DNA from: a virus
Length of the DNA stretch: 13,220 bases
IMG/VR virus record: IMGVR_UViG_3300045988_070639
Location: 1-13,220 of that record
Direction: 5' to 3' (one strand)
This document shows, one piece after another, positions 1 to 5,773 of this stretch (its first letter is position 1; each line of letters starts with the position of its first letter). The notes under the pieces were generated by a model, which was given only the letters and a program-made list of their open reading frames with translations, was not told where the DNA came from and made no database searches. The translations under genes and the position numbers were made by a program.

Positions 1-119
1 AAAGTGTATCACTTGATTTTCGCGGACATTTGTTTACCCCACACGGATATTCTTTCTGTCTCTTGTGCGTGGACAGTGTTCATATGACATGGGCAATAGG
101 TATGATATATTTACGTTAT

Positions 120-137
120 ATGTTTCACGTGAAACAT
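120..137. repeat. 18-bp perfect palindrome ATGTTTCACGTGAAACAT inside ITR-L; candidate dimeric protein-binding site
   Basis: Read directly: ATGTTTCAC|GTGAAACAT is its own reverse complement. A120 pairs with T137; the symmetry breaks at 119/138. A second copy lies at 13084-13101. Confidence 0.9.
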
Positions 138-337
138 CACATAGTTAGTCAAGCCTAACACGTCCGGCGTAGTGTCCACGGCTCATGCACAAAACAGGGC
201 ATTGTTTTCGAACATTTGACAGTTTTTGACGAACAGAACCGCCGGGTGTAATTATAGCCCCGGCAAAAATCGTTGTGTAGGGCCGTCCAGGGCCTCACAG
301 AGGTATTGGCATATTGCACAAAACAGAGGGCGAATAA

Positions 338-357
338 TTGGGTAATTCTTGGGTAAT
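338..357 (+). promoter_or_regulatory. Tandem direct repeat TTGGGTAAT x2 with 11-bp phasing, just upstream of the ITR promoter -35; candidate operator or activator site
   Basis: TTGGGTAAT occurs at 338-346 and 349-357. The second copy ends 9 nt before the -35 hexamer at 366-371. Confidence 0.5.
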
Positions 358-365
358 ATTCCAAC

Positions 366-393
366 TTGAACTTTCCGGAAAGTGTGGTATAAT
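366..393 (+). promoter_or_regulatory. Inward-facing sigma-70/sigma-A-type promoter in ITR-L (extended -10)
   Basis: TTGAAC (366-371), a 16-nt spacer, TG at 385-386, and TATAAT (388-393). It is followed by a purine-rich leader and the first + strand gene. Confidence 0.65.
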
Positions 394-449
394 ATAATCA
401 CAAAGGGAAAGGAAGTTCCGATGAAATAATGAAAGGACGGTAATTAAAA

Positions 450-668
450 ATGACGTACGGCGAATTTTTTAAGGCTTGCGAAGATGGGAAAATTGTGGCG
501 TATGATAAGAAAAGTGTACGGGGCTACGTGTCCCGCCGCTTGAAAGACAGCGACCCCTTAACAATGGGCGTTGCCGGTGGTTGTAGAGCCGGTGAAAAAT
601 ATGTGTTGCTCCCCCGTTGGGACAGCACAAGTTATTGCTACCGGGTATACTTTAGGGAGGTTCTGTGA
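450..668 (+). CDS. Hypothetical early protein (72 aa)
   Basis: This is the first ORF downstream of the ITR promoter and leader. Its stop is 2 nt before the next start, fitting the tight gene packing. No recognisable motif. Confidence 0.6.
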   Translation: MTYGEFFKACEDGKIVAYDKKSVRGYVSRRLKDSDPLTMGVAGGCRAGEKYVLLPRWDSTSYCYRVYFREVL

Positions 669-669
669 A

Positions 670-984
670 ATGAATCTATTGTTGGAGACTCTCGACAGCC
701 TACATTGCAATGGGAAAAATCCTAGTGATGTCGAATGGGTAGGGCGTAGAAGTACTAGTGCGGTATGCAGTTGGGATGAGTTTGAAAAACAGGCTAGATA
801 TATCGAATATGATAATGGTTATGGCATTCCTGAGGTACCGGAGGATTTGGTCATAGTTGGTGCCAATTGGTGGTTGGAGCGCTATGAATATAACGGGTCA
901 GAGTGGTGGGAGTATAAAGCACTCCCGAAGAAGTGGGATAAATATACAACTGAGTTAGGGTTAAAATATATTAGGAGGTGGTAA
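670..984 (+). CDS. Hypothetical early protein (104 aa), Trp-rich (..GANWWLERYEYNGSEWWEY..)
   Basis: An in-frame ATG at 670 is preceded by AGGGAGG (654-660). The longer 571 start would overlap the upstream gene by about 100 nt and has no SD. Confidence 0.7.
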   Translation: MNLLLETLDSLHCNGKNPSDVEWVGRRSTSAVCSWDEFEKQARYIEYDNGYGIPEVPEDLVIVGANWWLERYEYNGSEWWEYKALPKKWDKYTTELGLKYIRRW

Positions 985-986
985 CA

Positions 987-1349
987 ATGAGTAAAATTTA
1001 TACAGACGGATGGCATTTGGTCAAGGGCCACAATGACGCAATCTTAGTAAAAGATGGCAAGTTTGCGGCGGCAATCATTCGGGGCGTACATTGCGCCCCT
1101 ATTGCCGTGGACAAATTAACCGGTAAATATATCCCGTATGCTCCTACGGCATATTACGGGGAGGTATATACTACCACTTGGGCAACGGTCAAAGAGATAG
1201 ATCTCTGTTCTTATATCCGTAAACTGCCGTGGAAAATCCGGGACCGTATCGTCCCAAATTGTAAAACGTGCCAACGGTATGTCAATACCTGCGCCGGAAT
1301 GTACGGTTACATTACAGACGAGATTGCAGAAGTATGTGAGGGGCGATGA
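987..1349 (+). CDS. Hypothetical early protein (120 aa) with C-terminal Cys cluster (CKTC..C..C), possibly metal-binding
   Basis: ATG at 987 lies 8 nt after AGGAGG (973-978). The CxxC-x6-C-x15-C pattern was read from the translation. Function unknown. Confidence 0.7.
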   Translation: MSKIYTDGWHLVKGHNDAILVKDGKFAAAIIRGVHCAPIAVDKLTGKYIPYAPTAYYGEVYTTTWATVKEIDLCSYIRKLPWKIRDRIVPNCKTCQRYVNTCAGMYGYITDEIAEVCEGR

Positions 1350-1350
1350 A

Positions 1351-1509
1351 GTGAAAGTTGTAAATAGATGTAACCGGATTTTGTCCATGCCGGACAGCCT
1401 CACCAAGATGTTAAAGGTGTGGAACTTTGTTGGGGAGTGTCTACCGTATGGGAATTGGTGGACCCTTGCAATGCGAGAGTTTAACCGGCTCTACAATTTG
1501 GGGTATTGA
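1351..1509 (+). CDS. Hypothetical small protein (52 aa, GTG start)
   Basis: GTG at 1351 lies 7 nt after GAGGGG (1338-1343) and 2 nt after the upstream stop. This matches the 2-3 nt inter-gene spacing of its neighbours. The start is uncertain, since the ORF track begins at 1279. Confidence 0.4.
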   Translation: MKVVNRCNRILSMPDSLTKMLKVWNFVGECLPYGNWWTLAMREFNRLYNLGY

Positions 1510-1510
1510 A

Positions 1511-2191
1511 ATGGCAAGACGAAAGCAAACAAAATGGTTAAAACCGGAGGGGAGCCGCTACCGGCTCCCGGACTATTATTATGACCCGACAAAAGTCTAT
1601 GACTGGGCGGGGGATCCTGAGGACGTCCGCAGTGCGAAGGACGAGTATATAAGACTCCGCAAAACCGCTATGCAACGGCTCAGGAGCATTAAAAAGGCTG
1701 GCTTTGCATGGACAGACGGCTATAAAACGTTTGATGAATATCTTCGTCCGGCTAGCAAGTTGACCACCTTCGCAGACCTTGCCGTGGGCTTGCAGAATTT
1801 GGTGGAATTTTTCGAAACGCCACAAAAAACTACTATAACAGGCATTAGGGAAAATATAAATAAGCATATTAAAGCATTTCAGGCGAGGGGTATTGACTTT
1901 ATCAGCACGAACGAAGATTTTCATTTATTCACAGAATTTTTACAATTACGAATACAGATGGGGCTAGCAGAAATGTATGACAGCGAACAGATTATTGATC
2001 TAGTTAAAGACATGAAGGATCTGAACATTGACTCAGAAACGATAAAGGCGAATTTTGCAGAATTTCTAAAGTCCTCCGCCGGTGGCACGTTGCGGAAGGA
2101 ATACAGGGAGGCGGCGAACGATGGAGTTGAAAAGTATAGCCGCCGAAAGCGCAATCCCGTACCTGCAAGCGGCGAAACCTCTGGAAAGTAA
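1511..2191 (+). CDS. Candidate terminal protein (TP) for protein-primed replication (226 aa)
   Basis: The gene sits immediately upstream of, and overlapping, the protein-primed polB gene, as phi29 gene 3 does with gene 2. It has a basic N-terminus, MARRKQTKW (phi29 TP starts MARSPRIRI, from memory). The segment AKDEYIRLRKTAMQRLRSIKKAGF (nt 1634-1705) resembles phi29 TP DKAEYARLVKNTKAKIARTKKKYG. ATG at 1511 lies 2 nt after the previous stop. Confidence 0.6.
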   Translation: MARRKQTKWLKPEGSRYRLPDYYYDPTKVYDWAGDPEDVRSAKDEYIRLRKTAMQRLRSIKKAGFAWTDGYKTFDEYLRPASKLTTFADLAVGLQNLVEFFETPQKTTITGIRENINKHIKAFQARGIDFISTNEDFHLFTEFLQLRIQMGLAEMYDSEQIIDLVKDMKDLNIDSETIKANFAEFLKSSAGGTLRKEYREAANDGVEKYSRRKRNPVPASGETSGK

Positions 2192-4220
2192 GGGTGGAAG
2201 AAGAAAACAAAGTGCAAGAAATGACATAGTTACACTAGACCAAATCGCCGCTTTTGACATTGAGACCACTCGGCTAAAGCCGGAAGATTTTCCCGAATTA
2301 TCAGCCCCGGAGAAAATCCGGGGCGAATGGGTAGAAACCCGCCGCAACGAACAGTCTATCATGTATATCTGGACCTTATGTCTCCATGAAAAGTGCATGA
2401 TAATCGGCAGAACATGGGACGAATTTACAGCCATGATTGACGGTTGGAACGAATATCTTGTGCAAAATGATTACCGTCTTGTGATATGGGTTCATAATCT
2501 GTCATACGAATTTCAGTTTCTGTCCGGAATCCACAGATTTTCCAGGGAAGATGTTATGGCGGTAAAGTCCCGGAAAGTCCTTGCGTGTACATGGGGTAAC
2601 ATTGAATTTAGATGTTCATATCTTCATTCCAATATGAATTTGGACACGTTCACGAACAAAATGCACGCAGAACACACAAAATTATCCGGAAAAGAGTTTG
2701 ATTATACAAAAATCCGTTTCCCGTGGACAGAAATGACACAAAACGAACTTGCATATTGTACAAACGATACTCAGGGACTATGCGAAGCCTTGGCAAATGA
2801 AATGCAAGCGGACGGCGACACATTGGATACAATTCCCCGCACGTCAACCGGATATGTACGGCGGGACGTGCGAAATGCAATCCGAAGCAACAAAGAGTTG
2901 GTTTATAAAATTCGTGCGATCTTTCCCGATATGGACGTATATACCTATTTGCGGGAGGCTTTTAGGGGCGGTAACACCCACGCTAATCGTCACTATGCCG
3001 GAAAAGTGTTACACAATGTAGTATCGGCGGACCGGTCCAGCAGTTATCCGGATGTGCAGTGCAATAACTTGTTTCCAATGGGCGAGTTCAAGAGGCTGGG
3101 TCGGTCCACCGTGGAAAGACTTCTGTCCATGCATGACAGAGGAACCGCCACGCTTGCACGGATTGCTATAGCAAACTGTCACTTGCGGCATATATCGGAC
3201 GGATGCCCCTATATCCCCCGGGACAAATGCCGCCAAATTGTGAATGGGGTCTATGATAACGGGCGAGTTATAGCGGCGGATTATCTTGAAATAACAGTGA
3301 CGGATATTGATCTACAGATTATCGTTGACCACTACAACGGCACATATATAGTTATCGGCGGTTTTTACTCTACTTATGGCAAGTTGCCGCCGGAAATGGT
3401 GGGGGTTTTGTGTGACCTTTATCGCAAAAAGACCGAATTAAAAAACGTAGGAGGACAGGAATTGATATATGCAAAAAGTAAAGCAAAGTTGAATAGCGTG
3501 TATGGTATGACAGCCCAAAACCCCGCAAAGCCTGAGGTCTATTTTGATGGCGAATGGGGGGAAGATGCTCTAAATATTGGGGAAGCCCTGGCAGATGCTC
3601 AGCGCAATGCCTTTTTGTCATATGCGTGGGGCGTGTGGACAACTGCGTGGGCAAGATACCACTTGCAAAGCGCTATTGATTTGGTCGGGACTAGATTTGT
3701 GTATTGTGATACCGATTCTGTCAAATATCTGGAAACAAATGTTCCCCCCGACTGGACATCGTACAACAATGACCGTATAGCGGCAAGCAAACAGTCCGGG
3801 GCGTGGGCGATTGACCCGTCAGGGGAAGCCCACTACATGGGCGTATTTGAACCGGATGGAAAATACCCCGCTTTTGCAACTCTAGGGGCGAAAAAGTACG
3901 CATATTCGGACGAAAATGGGAAAACACACGTCACAATAGCAGGAGTGAGCAAAAAAGAGGGCGGTCCCGAACTGGATGCCGGGGACGAGTACGGAAAGGG
4001 GCTGGACCGATTTGTAAACACAAATCCGGGGTTTCTTTTTCGAAAAGCTGGCGGGGCCGAACTGATGTACAATGACCACCCGGCTATCACGTCTTTAACG
4101 GTTGACGGTCATGTATTGCCGATAACCGCTAACGTGGTTATTAGAGATAGTACGTATCAGCTTGGCATTACCGCAGAATATAACAAAATTTTACAGGAAA
4201 TTACAAAAGAAAAACATTGA
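2121..4220 (+). CDS. Family-B DNA polymerase, protein-primed type (phi29-like, DNA_pol_B_2 / PF03175-like), 699 aa
   Basis: Motifs read from the translation:
- ExoI FDIETT (2253-2270)
- ExoII HNLSYEFQF (2493-2519)
- ExoIII YCTND (2754-2768)
- motif A DRSSSYP (3030-3050)
- motif B KLNSVYG (3486-3506)
- motif C YCDTDS (3702-3719)
- KxY KKY (3891-3899)
The start is set at ATG 2121, 9 nt after AGGGAGG (2105-2111). Confidence 0.95.
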   Translation: MELKSIAAESAIPYLQAAKPLESKGGRRKQSARNDIVTLDQIAAFDIETTRLKPEDFPELSAPEKIRGEWVETRRNEQSIMYIWTLCLHEKCMIIGRTWDEFTAMIDGWNEYLVQNDYRLVIWVHNLSYEFQFLSGIHRFSREDVMAVKSRKVLACTWGNIEFRCSYLHSNMNLDTFTNKMHAEHTKLSGKEFDYTKIRFPWTEMTQNELAYCTNDTQGLCEALANEMQADGDTLDTIPRTSTGYVRRDVRNAIRSNKELVYKIRAIFPDMDVYTYLREAFRGGNTHANRHYAGKVLHNVVSADRSSSYPDVQCNNLFPMGEFKRLGRSTVERLLSMHDRGTATLARIAIANCHLRHISDGCPYIPRDKCRQIVNGVYDNGRVIAADYLEITVTDIDLQIIVDHYNGTYIVIGGFYSTYGKLPPEMVGVLCDLYRKKTELKNVGGQELIYAKSKAKLNSVYGMTAQNPAKPEVYFDGEWGEDALNIGEALADAQRNAFLSYAWGVWTTAWARYHLQSAIDLVGTRFVYCDTDSVKYLETNVPPDWTSYNNDRIAASKQSGAWAIDPSGEAHYMGVFEPDGKYPAFATLGAKKYAYSDENGKTHVTIAGVSKKEGGPELDAGDEYGKGLDRFVNTNPGFLFRKAGGAELMYNDHPAITSLTVDGHVLPITANVVIRDSTYQLGITAEYNKILQEITKEKH

Positions 4221-4245
4221 CAAATTGAAAAGGCTCTGATATAAT
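4217..4245 (+). promoter_or_regulatory. Consensus sigma-A-type promoter with extended -10
   Basis: TTGACA (4217-4222), a 17-nt spacer, TG (4237-4238), and TATAAT (4240-4245). The -35 hexamer contains the polymerase TGA stop (4218-4220). A 5-bp hairpin, GTTGG-AAAA-CCAAC (4253-4266), lies at the predicted transcript 5' end. Confidence 0.75.
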
Positions 4246-4303
4246 ATAGACAGTTGGAAAACCAACACAAAATAAAATCAAAAACTGAAAGGAAGCAACA
4301 ACA

Positions 4304-4648
4304 ATGGAAATTATCAAAATGAGTAAGAACGTGGAGGGTGCCGACCTGTATTTTCTCACCACGTCCCCGGAGATTGAGAAAATGACTACCGTAAAGGGTG
4401 AAACCCTGGCTCTTGACAAGTGGGCGCTGTTTGCCGATGCCGACCGTAAAACCGGAGAGATGCGGCGAATCCTCTCCATCAAGTCCGGCAATAAGATGTA
4501 CGCCACCAACTCCGCAACGTTTATCGACAGCTTTGTAGCAATGATGGAGTGTTTTGACACGATGGGCATCGATGTCCACCATATCCGGGTTACTACCGGC
4601 AATAGCAAGGGCGGTAGGGAGTTTATCAATTGCGTGTATGCCGACTGA
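4304..4648 (+). CDS. Candidate single-stranded DNA-binding protein (phi29 p5-like), 114 aa
   Basis: Its size is close to phi29 p5 (124 aa). The C-terminal pattern ..KMYATNSATFIDSF...HHIRVTTGNSKGGREFINCVY resembles p5 ..SLYSAISKTVAEAA...FKVKVVQGTSSKGNVFFSLQL, recalled from memory and not aligned. It forms a stand-alone unit with a consensus promoter, SD GAAAGGAAG and its own terminator, consistent with very high expression. Confidence 0.5.
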   Translation: MEIIKMSKNVEGADLYFLTTSPEIEKMTTVKGETLALDKWALFADADRKTGEMRRILSIKSGNKMYATNSATFIDSFVAMMECFDTMGIDVHHIRVTTGNSKGGREFINCVYAD

Positions 4649-4655
4649 TCGCACA

Positions 4656-4685
4656 AACAAAGGCCCGGGAAACCGGGCTTTTGTT
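4656..4685 (+). terminator. Rho-independent terminator
   Basis: Stem GCCCGG (4663-4668) pairs with CCGGGC (4673-4678) around a GAAA tetraloop, followed by TTTTGTT. Flanking A and T runs extend the stem. Confidence 0.8.
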
Positions 4686-4699
4686 ATATGGAGGAAAAC

Positions 4700-5743
4700 A
4701 TGGAAAATATTTATACTCCGGACGGTTGGCTGGACGTACCGAAAATTGTTGCAAAGCCATACCCCTTTATTTTTTGCACCGGGGCTCGGGGTGTCGGTAA
4801 GACCTATGGCGCATTGAAGTATGTTATTGAAAACGGCATACCTTTTATATATTTGCGCCGGACCCTAACGGAAACCGAATTTCTGGCGGCGAATGAAAGC
4901 AATAACCCTTTTGCCCGGCTGAATGAAGATACCGGGGAATGCGTGGGCCTGTCAAAATCGGGCAAATATACAACGGAAATTGTGCGCCGGGTCCCGGACG
5001 GTGATAAGCTGATACCGGACGGCCCACCGGTTGGGATGATGCTGGCGTTATCTACAATTAGCAATTTGCGTGGTTTTAACGGCGAACAATACAGTATAAT
5101 TGTATATGACGAATTTATACCGGAACCACACGCACGGCCCATCCGGGAGGAATGTATGGCCTTGATGAACGCATATGAAACCATCAACCGAAACCGGGAA
5201 TTATTGGGCAAGCCGCCAGTTAAGTTGCTCTGTCTCTCCAACTCTAACCGGCTGGATAATGCTATCTATATGGGTCTGGGTCTGGTGAATAAAGTTGTGC
5301 AGATGCAACGCAAGCACCAGCAACTCAGCTATATGCCGGACCGGGGTATCATGATGGTTAATATCATGGACAGTCCCATTTCAGCCGCTAAAAGTAAAAC
5401 CGCCCTCTATCGTATGACAGCCGGAACGGAATTTGGCGCAATGGCGTTAGATAACAAGTATATCGGCGAGGACCTTGCAATGCCGAACAAATCGGAAGAT
5501 TTGCGGAATTATGACCCACTTGTAAACATTGGGGAGTTGTGTATTTACCGCCGAAAGGGCGGCGAAAACCTCTATATTACCACCCACGTTTCCGGCGGTC
5601 CAACACGGTTCGGTCTGTCGGATGCGGAATTAACAAATTTCCGCAGGAAATATAATTGGATATGGGCGAAGTATATAACCGGCAGAATTATTTTTGAAGA
5701 ACGTTTGTGCGAAATACTGCTTAATCGGTATTTTGGTGCTTGA
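4700..5743 (+). CDS. DNA packaging (encapsidation) ATPase, phi29 gp16-like, 347 aa
   Basis: Walker A is GARGVGKT (4781-4804) and Walker B is IIVYDEF (5096-5116). Further matches to remembered phi29 gp16 segments:
- PFIYLRRT vs QFIYVRRY
- CLSNS vs CLSNA
- GTEFGAMALDNKYIGED vs GTEYGEMSLDNQFIGD
ATG at 4700 follows GGAGGA (4689-4694). ATG at 4688 is an alternative start. Confidence 0.93.
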   Translation: MENIYTPDGWLDVPKIVAKPYPFIFCTGARGVGKTYGALKYVIENGIPFIYLRRTLTETEFLAANESNNPFARLNEDTGECVGLSKSGKYTTEIVRRVPDGDKLIPDGPPVGMMLALSTISNLRGFNGEQYSIIVYDEFIPEPHARPIREECMALMNAYETINRNRELLGKPPVKLLCLSNSNRLDNAIYMGLGLVNKVVQMQRKHQQLSYMPDRGIMMVNIMDSPISAAKSKTALYRMTAGTEFGAMALDNKYIGEDLAMPNKSEDLRNYDPLVNIGELCIYRRKGGENLYITTHVSGGPTRFGLSDAELTNFRRKYNWIWAKYITGRIIFEERLCEILLNRYFGA

Positions 5744-5767
5744 CAAAAGCAAACATTTGTGCTATAT
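5739..5767 (+). promoter_or_regulatory. Near-consensus sigma-A-type promoter with extended -10, upstream of the structured leader and the lysis and morphogenesis genes
   Basis: TTGACA (5739-5744), a 17-nt spacer, TG (5759-5760), and TATATT (5762-5767). The -35 hexamer contains the ATPase TGA stop (5741-5743), the same arrangement as the promoter at 4217. Confidence 0.7.
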
Positions 5768-5773
5768 TGTGTG

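Larger units (their letters stand above)
1..443. repeat. Left inverted terminal repeat (ITR-L), 443 bp; presumed protein-primed replication origin plus early promoter region
   Basis: Bases 1-443 are the reverse complement of 13220-12778, verified by eye in 60-nt blocks. There is one mismatch: T417 pairs with G12804 where A is expected. The repeat starts 5'-AAAGTG; phi29 termini are 5'-AAAGTA (from memory). Identity stops at 444/12777. Confidence 0.97.

Noticed and set aside
68-180. An 8-bp inverted repeat, CGTGGACA (68-75) and TGTCCACG (173-180), flanking the palindrome.
   Set aside because: About one such 8-mer inverted pair is expected by chance in a 443-bp region, by my rough estimate. 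It is also not centred on the palindrome. It is not reported as a feature.
155-364. A 69-codon ORF inside the ITR, present identically at 12857-13066 and reading toward the termini.
   Set aside because: It starts at TTG, not ATG, and has only a weak GGAAAG upstream. It overlaps the inward promoter on the other strand. The product is Cys/Arg/Thr-rich with no motif. Its duplication is an automatic consequence of lying in the ITR. The region carries repeats and a palindrome that fit origin or regulatory DNA better. Ribosome profiling would settle it.
571-669. The ORF-track upstream starts: 571 for gene 2, and similarly 978, 1279, 1427, 10231 and 11051 for later genes.
   Set aside because: Each would overlap the preceding gene extensively and lacks an SD. 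The internal starts at 670, 987, 1351, 1511, 10363 (TTG) and 11243 each follow a good SD and give the 0-3 nt spacing or short overlaps typical of this genome.
2082-2120. A longer polymerase start at ATG 2082.
   Set aside because: There is no SD upstream of 2082, whereas AGGGAGG lies 9 nt before ATG 2121. The extra 13 residues (MARCGRNTGRRRT) look like out-of-frame TP sequence.
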